IMG/VR virus record: IMGVR_UViG_3300045988_081576
Location: 1 to 50,250 of that record
Strand: one strand, 5' to 3'
DNA length: 50,250 nucleotides
Source of the DNA: a virus
Within the stretch, counting starts at the first letter, position 1. Every line of letters begins with the position of its first letter. The notes under the pieces were generated by a model that was given only the letters and a program-made list of their open reading frames with translations, searched no databases and was not told the DNA's origin. A program made the position numbers and the translations under genes. Shown here one piece after another: positions 35,501 to 44,227 of this stretch.

Positions 35501-37836
35501 TGGACGCTATGGGCATCAAGGTCGCCACCCTGCCGAACGGTCATTTGGGCATTGACACGAACTCCCCGGAGGTCATGGCACGTCTGCAAGAGCTAGGACT
35601 GGCTGCTAAGAACCCGATTACAGGCAAGGTGGAGATCGACTGGAATGCGATCCTTACTAGTGATGAGCGAATGAATCTGTTGCGAGACAACGTGCAGGCG
35701 GGGGCGAATGGGCATGCCAACATTACAGATAACACGGGCGATGCAAACGCGAATGTAAACAACATGCGCGACAATGTGAAGGCAGGCGCGCAGGGCAAGG
35801 CCACAATTACGGATAACGCGGAGCAGACACGCAACCACATTACAACCACCCTGTCTGCGGAGAATACTAATACCCAGTCGCGGCACGATATTTCCATCTT
35901 TCGCCACATTAGGGATATTTTCGAAAAGGCCGATGGTGGCATCATGGCCCCCGTTGAGACCTTTGCCGACGGTGGCACCCGCGTACAGAAAGCGGTTGCG
36001 CAGCGTGCCCGCTCGTCACATGAGCCATCCCATGATGCGCATATCGCCCCGGCTGGCTCCTACCGTGTGTTTGCGGAGTCGGAGACCGGCGGCGAGGCGT
36101 ATATCCCATTGGCGCAGTCGAAGCGTAAACGTAGTGAGCATATCCTGAACACGGTTGCTCGCCAGTTTGGCTATGCGTTGGTTAATGGTGAGGGCCAAAT
36201 CCAGCAATTTGCGGATGGTGCTGTCCTACCCGCGTCTGTGGTCAAGAAGCGTCTCGCTTTCATGAATCACACCCCCTACGTCTTTGGTGGTTGGACACCG
36301 GCGGGTGTGGATTGCTCGGGCGCTGTTTCCCTAGCGGTGAATGTTTCTGAGGGATTAGACCCGTGGGATTCGCGTACCGCTACCGGTGGTGAGGGCGCAT
36401 GGCTTTCCGCTAAGGGCTATAAATCCGGCAAGGGCGGCAATGGTGATATTCGCGTTGCGTTCTATAACGGAGGCCCGGGCGGTGGGCACACTGCCCTGCA
36501 GTTGGATGATGGAACGTTCATCGAGTCTGGTGGTAACACTGGTGGCGGTTTCACTATTGGCCCGCCAGCAGGCCCATTAGAGGGCCGTGGATTCACAGAT
36601 TGGTACTACAAGCGTGGCGCTACCCCATTAACCACTGAGGGGTTGGATGCCTACGATTCCTTGAATGGTGTTATTGGCGCGCCGGGTGTTGGTAAGGCCA
36701 CTGGTACGATGCGTGCCCTTATTGATGGTGGCTCCTATGATGATGGTTCCACCACGTCTGGTAAGCAGGCCCGTGAGCTTAATGGTGGTAATGGCACCCT
36801 GATTAAGGATGGTTCATTCCTTGAGCTTATGGCCGCGCTCTACAGCCTGCACACTGGGCAGCCGATGGATGATGACGTTGTTTCTTGGGGCCAGGTCGTG
36901 GGGTTGTATTCCAAGGCTGCGGAGGAAAATGGCGACAAACTGACTAAGGATTCCAAAAAGGCCATGGAGTCCTTGGAAAAGAAGCACGCGGCACTCGAAG
37001 ATGCGAAAACAGATCTGCCTTTGGCAGAAGAGGATCTTCGTATCAAGAAGATGAAGCGTGACGAAACCTACAACAAGACCGACAAAAAGGGCAACAAGAC
37101 CGCTACGGATTCCCAAAAGGCAGCAGCAGACCAAGCGGTCGCTAAGGCGGAGAGGAAAGTCCAGGAAACCAAGGAGAAAATCGCCAAGCTCGAAAAAGAA
37201 ATCCATGACCTTGAAGCGAAGCAGGCCGAACTTGAGCTTAAGGCAGTCAATGCCAAGTCTGGTCGTAATTTATCGCGTAATGGTGATTGGGGCTTGATGG
37301 GTGAGTTTACGCGCACTGGTGCGGCATCGAAACTGCGTGATATTCGTGGCATGCTGACGAATGCGATGCGCCCAATGGCGGGCAATATCATACCTATGGC
37401 CGATGGTGGCATCCTTGGTGGTATGCGCCAGGCCAATATTAATGATGGTTCTAGTGCTGTGCTGTGGGCGGAAGCTGGCCCAGAAGCATATATCCCACTG
37501 TCTAGTGATAAGCGTGCCCGTTCGACTGATATTTGGCTAGAGACGGGCAAGCGCCTTGGCTACGACGTTATGAGCATGATTAATCTCATTGGTTCTGGCC
37601 TGCCTGGTTTGGTTGAGGGCAAGCTTGATTTCTCTACGGGTAGCACGATTAGTGCTGAGGCTATGGGCGTGAATATGAAAGCGGCATCGTATCGCGGCCA
37701 AAAGCAGGTTCAAAATAGTGTTGGTGCTGTGTTTAATGGCCCGGTGCGGATTGAGGATCCGAAGAAGTATCTGCAGAGCCAGTTGGATAACGCTCATCGT
37801 GAGCTAGGAAAGGCCATGAGGAGTTTCATGCTATGA
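32572..37836 (+). CDS. Tail tape measure protein (1754 aa) with an embedded NlpC/P60-like peptidase domain
   Basis: Length and position; Gly/Ala-rich N-terminal TMP domain; internal YVFGGWTPAGVDCSGAVS ... GGGHTALQLDDGTFIESGGNTGGG resembles an NlpC/P60 Cys-His fold. Confidence 0.9.
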   Translation: MALEVGTLNARIKVDTTGVSSALGNVKRDLNDVKKSAERVEKNNIDVSPKGAEKLGTAGRSAKTLGDNLREAGSQGRGMQVNAQVSTELEKAAGSGLKLRDVLGGFSSVGGMVGLGAAVGGVGAAFNDMIKTGMAYRSELNTMNAVSGATATQMKQVAVAAKQLGNDTDLANTSAGDAAAAMTELAKGGFTVEQSIGAAKGTLQLAAAAQVDAATAATIQSQALQAFSLDASNAARVSDILAGAANASSAEMTGIAQGLQQAGTVANQFDVSIDDTATSLAMMANAGIQGSDAGTLLKSALLAVTDQGKPAQQAIDDLGLSIYDANGKFVGMRSLMEQLQDASENMTDEQYQAATATLFGSDAMRLAGIAAEQGGEGFDKLKGAVTRQGQAAEVAAAQTEGLPGAIGRVQNAWETAQTQIYEATEGGMVAALNVTSDALTGVADLITGPGFTIGGQIFENIGGQAKYLADGAVSAGNAIANVLVPGATDLSSAFTVVKGSLSGLDDGLSSWAVPVASAAVVAFASNFVGLTGKLNAGSGAIARFGQEIRVQQSLARGYGKEVGTVGAAVDVLRSRHEGLDRTLSNASRSYLSSSAGLRTMSSQHRAAALAAKNQALESTNAFNTIDRIGSQMGHSFIATTTNMGAHAKGFASGGLAVMKGAMGGVGKAAGGLVDALGGPWSLAIMGASWAIGELVQKHQEAARAEEEHKQTQQELKNSLDPTTGAITEQTRALQEKKLEETGALDAARQLGIATGTLTDAINGNAAAQREVQGATAGAIKEAISNSDAYKHAAETMKTDAWFQAGVDVDTFKQALQGVPEAVDKVNSVDGGAEMLGKLRDEINGSEDAAAKLGLQIGDLNKDMEQSKANAMADSLNNLKRQSEQTGDALKILGDRQFTIEDEKTIKVSAEGIEEVRGQLEGVGVKVSQPMNGQVSLTLENGADIPALLDSIGIKLSQTPDGYIQIHADDLDKASADLDAMGIKVATLPNGHLGIDTNSPEVMARLQELGLAAKNPITGKVEIDWNAILTSDERMNLLRDNVQAGANGHANITDNTGDANANVNNMRDNVKAGAQGKATITDNAEQTRNHITTTLSAENTNTQSRHDISIFRHIRDIFEKADGGIMAPVETFADGGTRVQKAVAQRARSSHEPSHDAHIAPAGSYRVFAESETGGEAYIPLAQSKRKRSEHILNTVARQFGYALVNGEGQIQQFADGAVLPASVVKKRLAFMNHTPYVFGGWTPAGVDCSGAVSLAVNVSEGLDPWDSRTATGGEGAWLSAKGYKSGKGGNGDIRVAFYNGGPGGGHTALQLDDGTFIESGGNTGGGFTIGPPAGPLEGRGFTDWYYKRGATPLTTEGLDAYDSLNGVIGAPGVGKATGTMRALIDGGSYDDGSTTSGKQARELNGGNGTLIKDGSFLELMAALYSLHTGQPMDDDVVSWGQVVGLYSKAAEENGDKLTKDSKKAMESLEKKHAALEDAKTDLPLAEEDLRIKKMKRDETYNKTDKKGNKTATDSQKAAADQAVAKAERKVQETKEKIAKLEKEIHDLEAKQAELELKAVNAKSGRNLSRNGDWGLMGEFTRTGAASKLRDIRGMLTNAMRPMAGNIIPMADGGILGGMRQANINDGSSAVLWAEAGPEAYIPLSSDKRARSTDIWLETGKRLGYDVMSMINLIGSGLPGLVEGKLDFSTGSTISAEAMGVNMKAASYRGQKQVQNSVGAVFNGPVRIEDPKKYLQSQLDNAHRELGKAMRSFML

Positions 37837-38750
37837 GTTTAATTTCCACTGATTTGGCTTGGGATGGCAAGGATGAGTACGAAGACGACGACCTACTGCG
37901 ATTCTTTCTGGTCGGCGCGGATCGTAAAACCCGATGGTGGTTTGGTGGGCCTGGTTCCCCTGTGCGGTTGAATGTGCCGCCTACGGGGTTGCAGGGTGCG
38001 CCGTTTACGCATGATTGGCAGAAGATTACGGGCATGGATGGTGCCGTGCATAAGGGCACTACGGATGAGCAGGCCACGATTACGTTGCAGGTTTGGGTAA
38101 GTGATCCGCGTTCGTCTACGTGGGCTAGGCGGCAGCATTCTTTGTGGCGTGAATCTTTGGGCCGTGGCCGTGAAACATGCCGCCTGTTCGCTATTTCTAA
38201 AGAATCTGGCTACTGGTGGATTGATGTTCGCGTCGATTCGATTAGCGAGGTTAATTATTTTGAGCAGATGCCGGGCCACGTGGGGGAGATTGGCGAGCTG
38301 GTCACGTTCGTGTCTGATAGGTCGTTCTGGCAAAAGTTTGATGAGGTGAAACTATTCACCCGTGAGACCGCCCCAAAGGCACACATGCTGAATATGGGTG
38401 ACCAACCGGCATGGTTGAAGTGGGCTGTCACGGGCGAGCATTCCGGCTGTTATATCGGCGTGGGAGATGAGCGTCTTTTGCTGCCAGATCCGCGCCGTGT
38501 GAAAGCTAAATACCTGAATTATAAGGTTGAGGGCTTTTGGGTGGACACGGACGAATTATGGCCATCGTTCCTGTCCAGCGCTGGTGAGGATTTGCAGCCA
38601 CTGTATCCAGACCACTACTGGAAGACACCTTTGCCACCACGCGGTGTGAATAGGGATGCAGTCACCCCATTGGTGATTCGTCCAATTAACCCCGGCCCGT
38701 CGTTCCGCTGCCAAGTCTCATACACGCCACGATCGGAGCAAGCATGGTAG
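37833..38750 (+). CDS. Distal tail protein (Dit) candidate
   Basis: First gene after the tape measure gene, ATGA overlap, 305 aa. Confidence 0.55.
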   Translation: MSLISTDLAWDGKDEYEDDDLLRFFLVGADRKTRWWFGGPGSPVRLNVPPTGLQGAPFTHDWQKITGMDGAVHKGTTDEQATITLQVWVSDPRSSTWARRQHSLWRESLGRGRETCRLFAISKESGYWWIDVRVDSISEVNYFEQMPGHVGEIGELVTFVSDRSFWQKFDEVKLFTRETAPKAHMLNMGDQPAWLKWAVTGEHSGCYIGVGDERLLLPDPRRVKAKYLNYKVEGFWVDTDELWPSFLSSAGEDLQPLYPDHYWKTPLPPRGVNRDAVTPLVIRPINPGPSFRCQVSYTPRSEQAW

Positions 38751-40231
38751 CAGATATTAACGAACGCTACGGCCCAAACCCGCTCAACATCATGGTGCAT
38801 AATAATGACTACACGCAGCACATGAGATTGACGGGCTACATCGATGTCGAATTAAACGAAGAATTTGGCTTCACCGCTGGCACTGGCACTATTACGATTC
38901 CTGCAGATCATCCGCTGGCTAAGCGTCTTATGCAGGCGCATATGGATGTGGTGCCGATTACTGCGGAGTACAACGGCTGGTACTGGACGGGACGCGTGGA
39001 TAGCTACGTTGCTTCGGGCAAGCCAGGGCGTGAGACTATCACCCTGACGCTGATTGATGACAAGGTTCAACTGGCGAACATTTTGGCTTTTGCGTCACCA
39101 AACATGAGCCTGAATGTGCAGAAGAAGCGCGACCACCAAAAAGGCCCATTGCAAAACGTGGTCTACCACTATCTGGCTCACAACCTGCCACGCTCAAGCG
39201 TACCGGTCTACATTGTCATGCCCCCAACAATGGATAGGGATAATTCGGTTCATATCGATGTTGCCGCACGTATGACAAGCATGGATACCCTTTTGAAAGA
39301 TGCGTTAGACCAGCATGATTATGACCTCTACTGCAAGATGTGGTGGCCGGGGCAACCGTTCCCAGAGGGAAAGATTGTTCCTTTGGTGCGTGGTGATGAA
39401 TCTTTGCGTGGCCGTATTTTACGGTGGGCTGATTTGGATCAGGTGTTTAATCCGTGGTCAAAGCCTATTGCAGGGCCATCGGTGCCAGGATTGGTGATTG
39501 AGGTTCGCCCTGCGGTGAAGCGTGAGCATGTGCGATTCAGTACCCGCGCTGGTGAGATTGACGAATTCAAGCTTTCTGGTAAATCACCGGGTGCGGCGCG
39601 TGCCATCGTTGGCGGCAAGTCAGACGATATTGTTAATGAAGCACTCAATTTTGGTATTGACCTTGCTATTCAGGGCATTTTGACCGCTATTGGTGGTATT
39701 GCGCTTGGCCCCATTGGCGCGGCTATTGGTGGTGCGGCGGGCAACTTTATCAGCAATCATGTTGAAGATACTTTGTTTGCGTTTGTTGACCGTAGGGATG
39801 TGCGGCGTGCTGCTGAGATGGGGCCGTTCCATTTGCGTGAATCATTTACTCAATCCACGGCTGGTGCTTTCACTTTCGATACGCAGGCATTGGCGGAGCG
39901 TGCCCTGTTGGAAGCTAAGGGTGGTCAGTCGGTTGAGATCACCATGGGTCATAGTGTTTCTAAGACCTTGGGTAATGATCAGATTGCTAAGAATGGCAAG
40001 GTGCGTTACGGCTTCAAGGTTGGTGACCGTGTGACTTTTGAAGAGCACCTATCCGGTGTGGTGGTGAGTGACATTATCACTGGTATTACGGTGAAAGATT
40101 CACGTGATGAGCGCATGCGGATTAGCCCGCGTATTGGTAAGCGGAAGAATGTGTCTAACCCGTATCTTGATTTCACTGACAAGCTAGCTAAGGGGTTGGG
40201 CACGATTAAAGATTTGGGTTTGGCGGGTTAA
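38744..40231 (+). CDS. Tail-associated lysin / baseplate hub (Tal-like minor tail protein)
   Basis: Second gene after the tape measure gene, 495 aa; Gly-rich segment GILTAIGGIALGPIGAAIGGAAG. Confidence 0.5.
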   Translation: MVADINERYGPNPLNIMVHNNDYTQHMRLTGYIDVELNEEFGFTAGTGTITIPADHPLAKRLMQAHMDVVPITAEYNGWYWTGRVDSYVASGKPGRETITLTLIDDKVQLANILAFASPNMSLNVQKKRDHQKGPLQNVVYHYLAHNLPRSSVPVYIVMPPTMDRDNSVHIDVAARMTSMDTLLKDALDQHDYDLYCKMWWPGQPFPEGKIVPLVRGDESLRGRILRWADLDQVFNPWSKPIAGPSVPGLVIEVRPAVKREHVRFSTRAGEIDEFKLSGKSPGAARAIVGGKSDDIVNEALNFGIDLAIQGILTAIGGIALGPIGAAIGGAAGNFISNHVEDTLFAFVDRRDVRRAAEMGPFHLRESFTQSTAGAFTFDTQALAERALLEAKGGQSVEITMGHSVSKTLGNDQIAKNGKVRYGFKVGDRVTFEEHLSGVVVSDIITGITVKDSRDERMRISPRIGKRKNVSNPYLDFTDKLAKGLGTIKDLGLAG

Positions 40232-40294
40232 ACAACGGTCTCTGTTTGGGATGGTTCGGTGGTAAATCATTGAGCCATCCATAGGGAGGCCGCT

Positions 40295-41887
40295 TTGGAG
40301 AAAATTCTTTCATATTCCCGTAATCAGGTAAGGCAGGATACTTACTATAATTGCGGCCCCGCGTCATCGCAGAATGTTATTTTGGCGGCGACGGGTAAAA
40401 CCATCCCAGAATCAGCGCTTGCCGCAGGATTGGGAACCACGGTTAACGGCACTGATTATATTGGTCTGTTCCCGCGTGTGTTGAATGCGCATATTCCTGG
40501 CGCGGCGTATAAGTACCGCGATGTTGGCACGTACCCGGATGCGGCGCTTAAGGATGTTATGTGGCGTGAGATGACCGGCTCGATTGATGCTGGTCATGGT
40601 GTGATTATTAATATTGTTGCGCCGCCGTCTAACTACCCTAAGGCTGTTGCTCCGTCTATACAGTCACCCGCCTATGGTGGCGGCGTGGTGTATCACTATA
40701 TCGCCGCGTTGGGCTACTCAGATAGGGGTATCCGAAAGCTGTGGATTGCTGATAGTGGATTCGCCCCGTATGGGTATTGGGTTAGCTTCGATCAGATTTG
40801 CACGCTGATTGTGCCTAAAGGCTATGCGTATTCCACCGCAGGGGCGACGCGCACCCCGGCACCTGTGGAGCATAAATCACAAGCGGCGGGCCATATCCTG
40901 GGTATTGATATTTCATCGTGGCAGAATGGCATGGCCTTGTCGCGTGCGAAGCGTGAGGGCATGGAGTTTGTGATTGTCCGCACCACGGATGGCACATACC
41001 GCGATACTTGCTACCGTTCGCATATTCAAGATGCGGAAAATAACGGGCTGCTTACTATGGCGTATCATTTCCTGCGCAACCCTAATGAGGGCAGCAGCAT
41101 CGCTCAGCAGGTGCAGGCAAGCCTTGAGGTCATGGGCGACAAGAAGCGCCCGATTTGGTTGGATTGCGAAACCCCTGCCGGACTCCACGTGAATCACATC
41201 CGCGAAGCTAAACGCCTTTTTGAAGACGCTGGCGTGCGTGTAATTGGCTGTTATTCCTACGTCCCATACTGGGAGGGCAGCATAGTGCCCAGTGAACCAG
41301 CCACACGTGAATTTGGGGCGTTCTGGGTCGCGGCCTACGGGTCTAACCCGGATGGTTCCCCATCGCAGGTGTATGCGGCACGCGGCGGGAACACCGCAGC
41401 ACAGTGGAACTACCCACTCGGTAACCAGAAACCCGTCCTGTGGCAATACGGGTCTAAGGCTGAGGTCGCAGGATTCGCAGATGTAGACGTGAATGCTTTC
41501 CGCGGAACCCGCGAAGAAATACAAGCCCTAATCACAGGCAAACCAATCACTAAGAAAGAGGAACTAGCCTTGACCAACATTGACCAGAAGCGAATCAAAC
41601 TCACCCTAGACCAGTTGGCAGGCCCAGGCACTAATAAGCAGGGGGAACCAACATTTAACGGCTGGTCTTTCGATTCCGTATTGGCGGCGGCTAAGAAAAA
41701 GCAGGCCGCTAACAGCGGGTTGACCATGGTGGAAATGCTTGTTCTCAACATTGATGCGCAGGGTAAGCGTGCGGACGCTACGGATGAGGCGTTGCGTGCT
41801 TTGAATGAGTCGTTCGCGGAATTGATTAAGGCCGTGGGGATTTTGAATGACACCGTTGGAAAGCTAGTTGAGCAGGGGGATAAGTAA
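40295..41887 (+). CDS. Endolysin: N-terminal papain-like cysteine peptidase (C39-like) plus GH25 muramidase plus C-terminal region of unknown function (cell-wall binding?)
   Basis: YYNCGPASSQNV Cys motif with a downstream His; GIDISSWQNG...FVIVRTTDG...YHFL is a GH25 signature; followed by holin-like membrane proteins. Confidence 0.8.
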   Translation: MEKILSYSRNQVRQDTYYNCGPASSQNVILAATGKTIPESALAAGLGTTVNGTDYIGLFPRVLNAHIPGAAYKYRDVGTYPDAALKDVMWREMTGSIDAGHGVIINIVAPPSNYPKAVAPSIQSPAYGGGVVYHYIAALGYSDRGIRKLWIADSGFAPYGYWVSFDQICTLIVPKGYAYSTAGATRTPAPVEHKSQAAGHILGIDISSWQNGMALSRAKREGMEFVIVRTTDGTYRDTCYRSHIQDAENNGLLTMAYHFLRNPNEGSSIAQQVQASLEVMGDKKRPIWLDCETPAGLHVNHIREAKRLFEDAGVRVIGCYSYVPYWEGSIVPSEPATREFGAFWVAAYGSNPDGSPSQVYAARGGNTAAQWNYPLGNQKPVLWQYGSKAEVAGFADVDVNAFRGTREEIQALITGKPITKKEELALTNIDQKRIKLTLDQLAGPGTNKQGEPTFNGWSFDSVLAAAKKKQAANSGLTMVEMLVLNIDAQGKRADATDEALRALNESFAELIKAVGILNDTVGKLVEQGDK

Positions 41888-42267
41888 TGCTTAATGCTTG
41901 GAAGTATCGTAAGGTTGCCTACTATGTTGTTGCCGCACTGATTTTTGTTGCGCTAACCACCGGGATTGTTACTCAGGAACAACTCGACGGCATTGTCAAC
42001 ACCGCCACTATCACATCTGGTTATTTGGGTACGTTTGCGCTTGTGTTTGCGGGTACTAAGACACATCGCGGGTCGGATGATAAGGCCACTAAGGATGATG
42101 TGTTGGATGCGGTTCAGCAGGCCGGTAGCACTGGCGCGTTGGCGCATGAGCTGCGCGGCATGGTTGAGGATTTGGCTCAGCGTTTCCCACAGACTGAACA
42201 GGCTGAGGCTGAGGCCACGGGAATGGTTGATTCCGGTAATGAGCCGGGCATTTATCCAGGGGCGTAG
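41887..42267 (+). CDS. Holin candidate (two TM helices, charged C-terminal tail)
   Basis: TM1 VAYYVVAALIFVALTTGIV and TM2 GYLGTFALVFAG; ATG overlaps the endolysin stop (TAATG). Confidence 0.55.
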   Translation: MLNAWKYRKVAYYVVAALIFVALTTGIVTQEQLDGIVNTATITSGYLGTFALVFAGTKTHRGSDDKATKDDVLDAVQQAGSTGALAHELRGMVEDLAQRFPQTEQAEAEATGMVDSGNEPGIYPGA

Positions 42268-42270
42268 CCT

Positions 42271-42714
42271 ATGATGCCGAAGATTAAAAACATTCCGCGC
42301 ACTATCACGTATTGGTGGCGACGATTTGATGCCTGGTTTGCTGGTGATGCGGGCCTGGCGGTCATTCTTGGCACTTTGTCGTTTGTGCGTGGCGTGTCGT
42401 ACCTGCCATGGTTTGTGAATCCTAATAGGAAGCCTGCGCATTTTCTTGAGGGAATTCTCGCTATAGAATTAAACGCCGCATTGTGGATCATTGTTGGCGT
42501 GGTGGCTGTGTACCCGGCATTAAAGCAGGGGAGAGTCTTGTCTGTCTATGTGGGTATCGCGTCCGGTTTGCATGCCGCGTGGGGCGCTAGTTTCATCCTG
42601 AATACTGTGGTTGGTATTGCGGATCGGGCGTGGGTTTCATCTCTTGGCTATATCGGTATTGTCTGGTTGACCTATTGGGGCCTAAAGCGAATTAACGTCA
42701 CACGTAGGGGGTAG
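42271..42714 (+). CDS. Four-TM membrane protein (second holin-like or lysis membrane protein)
   Basis: Four hydrophobic segments in the translation; lies within the lysis cassette. Confidence 0.5.
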   Translation: MMPKIKNIPRTITYWWRRFDAWFAGDAGLAVILGTLSFVRGVSYLPWFVNPNRKPAHFLEGILAIELNAALWIIVGVVAVYPALKQGRVLSVYVGIASGLHAAWGASFILNTVVGIADRAWVSSLGYIGIVWLTYWGLKRINVTRRG

Positions 42715-42717
42715 CTA

Positions 42718-43077
42718 ATGGAGTGGCTATTAGGCGTCATCGCTACCTTGAGCGTCCCTGCCGTGGGCGGTGTATTTGCGTGGATTACTCAAAAGGCATC
42801 GAATAAATCTCAGCGTGAAACAGCGCTAATTGAGCAGTCTGGGCCGGATTGGAAAGCTTTCACCGATGAGATGAAAGACTGGACGAATAAGCAACTTCAG
42901 GAACGTGACGAATCTATTAAAGCGTTGCGCGCAGAGGTTGCTAGCCTGGCGCAAAAATTGGAGGTGTGGAAAAGCCGCTATTACATCGCGGTTCACCACA
43001 TTCGCCAGTGGCGTTTGAAGCACCCTGAGTCTATTAAGGATTTGCCGGTTCCTGACGAGTTGGAGAATGACTTTTAG
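42718..43077 (+). CDS. N-terminal TM anchor plus coiled-coil protein (lysis accessory / spanin-like candidate)
   Basis: LLGVIATLSVPAVGGVFAWI then a coiled coil (IKALRAEVASLAQKLEVWKSR). Confidence 0.4.
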   Translation: MEWLLGVIATLSVPAVGGVFAWITQKASNKSQRETALIEQSGPDWKAFTDEMKDWTNKQLQERDESIKALRAEVASLAQKLEVWKSRYYIAVHHIRQWRLKHPESIKDLPVPDELENDF

Positions 43078-43150
43078 CAGGTGGACAACGGTCGGCAGGA
43101 TGTTTCCTTATGGGTGATTAAAGCACCCTTGTTGTTAGGAGTATCCTGTT

Positions 43151-44218
43151 ATGGCCGATTCTGTGCCTACTTATGGTGACCTTGAAACGAAACTCATTCT
43201 GAAATGGGTGGATACGAGCGACGTTTTGGCGACGCAGCGCGCCATTATTGAGGTCACCCCGTCGGCTGCTTTCCTTGAATTGCCGCGTGGTTTGCGTGGC
43301 CAAAAGGGCGAAAAGGGCGACCCTGGCCCTGGCCTGTGGTTCCGTAATCTGATTACGTCGAAGTCGCAATTGCCTACTGATTTGCGCCAGGTTGATGCGG
43401 GTGCCGCTTACCCGGATGTGAATTCTCGCAGTCTTTGGGTGTGGGATGGTAGGGATTATCTAGAGATCCCTAATTTTATTGGCATGCCTGGCGCGCCGGG
43501 TAAGACACCGCGCCCGCAGATTGGTTCCGTGGTGCCAGGCCGTGACGCGTCGGTGTCTATTAACCATGCGGCTAGTACGGAGGAATCATTCGTGCTTGAT
43601 TTTGTGCTACCACAAGGCCCGCAGGGTAAGCCAGGGGCTAAAGGTGACCCGGGGGATGCCGGTAAGCTTGCGGATTCACCGGATGTTGATATGGCGCGTG
43701 CACCGCTGATTGGTGAGTCTTTGATGTGGACGGGGCAGAAGTGGGCACCACGTACGGTGCTTGCCCCAACTGGGCCGTGGGTGTTGTCTCCGAATGATTT
43801 TAAGTCGGTTGATATTACGGTCGCGGATGGGGAAATTGAATCGGATCAGTTGGTTGCGTCTGTGACTGTGCCGGGCTTGGCTTATGATTGGCGGCCTTTG
43901 GTGATTAATGGGCAGGTCAATATTAAGGCCGGTTTGGGTATCCGTGTGGATGCTGAGGTGCGTGTGGGTAATGCGCAGTCTGGTGATGTGGTTGGGCGTT
44001 CTATTGGCACGGTGGGGCAGAATGGCCCGTCGGTTATTACTGCGTCGGCGAATGCTCTGGTTACGCCTGGCGCGTCGTATGGTGTGGTTAAGGCTAATAC
44101 TGCAACAACGTTCTACGTGGTCTTGAAGAAGAAGCAGGGCACGGGTTCATGGTCGTTTATTCGGGATGGTGCATCGTTGGCGATTATGGCGCAGCCTGTG
44201 AACACTAACTTCAACTAG
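43151..44218 (+). CDS. Collagen-like minor tail protein / tail fibre
   Basis: G-X-Y triplet runs (GLRGQKGEKGDPGPG; GMPGAPGKTP; GPQGKPGAKGDPGDAG). Confidence 0.65.
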   Translation: MADSVPTYGDLETKLILKWVDTSDVLATQRAIIEVTPSAAFLELPRGLRGQKGEKGDPGPGLWFRNLITSKSQLPTDLRQVDAGAAYPDVNSRSLWVWDGRDYLEIPNFIGMPGAPGKTPRPQIGSVVPGRDASVSINHAASTEESFVLDFVLPQGPQGKPGAKGDPGDAGKLADSPDVDMARAPLIGESLMWTGQKWAPRTVLAPTGPWVLSPNDFKSVDITVADGEIESDQLVASVTVPGLAYDWRPLVINGQVNIKAGLGIRVDAEVRVGNAQSGDVVGRSIGTVGQNGPSVITASANALVTPGASYGVVKANTATTFYVVLKKKQGTGSWSFIRDGASLAIMAQPVNTNFN

Positions 44219-44227
44219 GGGGGCGTT

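Noticed and set aside
32533-37797. Multiple reverse-strand ORFs (for example 32533..33237, 34612..35214, 34884..35432, 37068..37550) inside the tape measure gene
   Set aside because: All lie antisense to one uninterrupted 5.3-kb ORF with strong tape measure features. GC-rich antisense frames are commonly open by chance.
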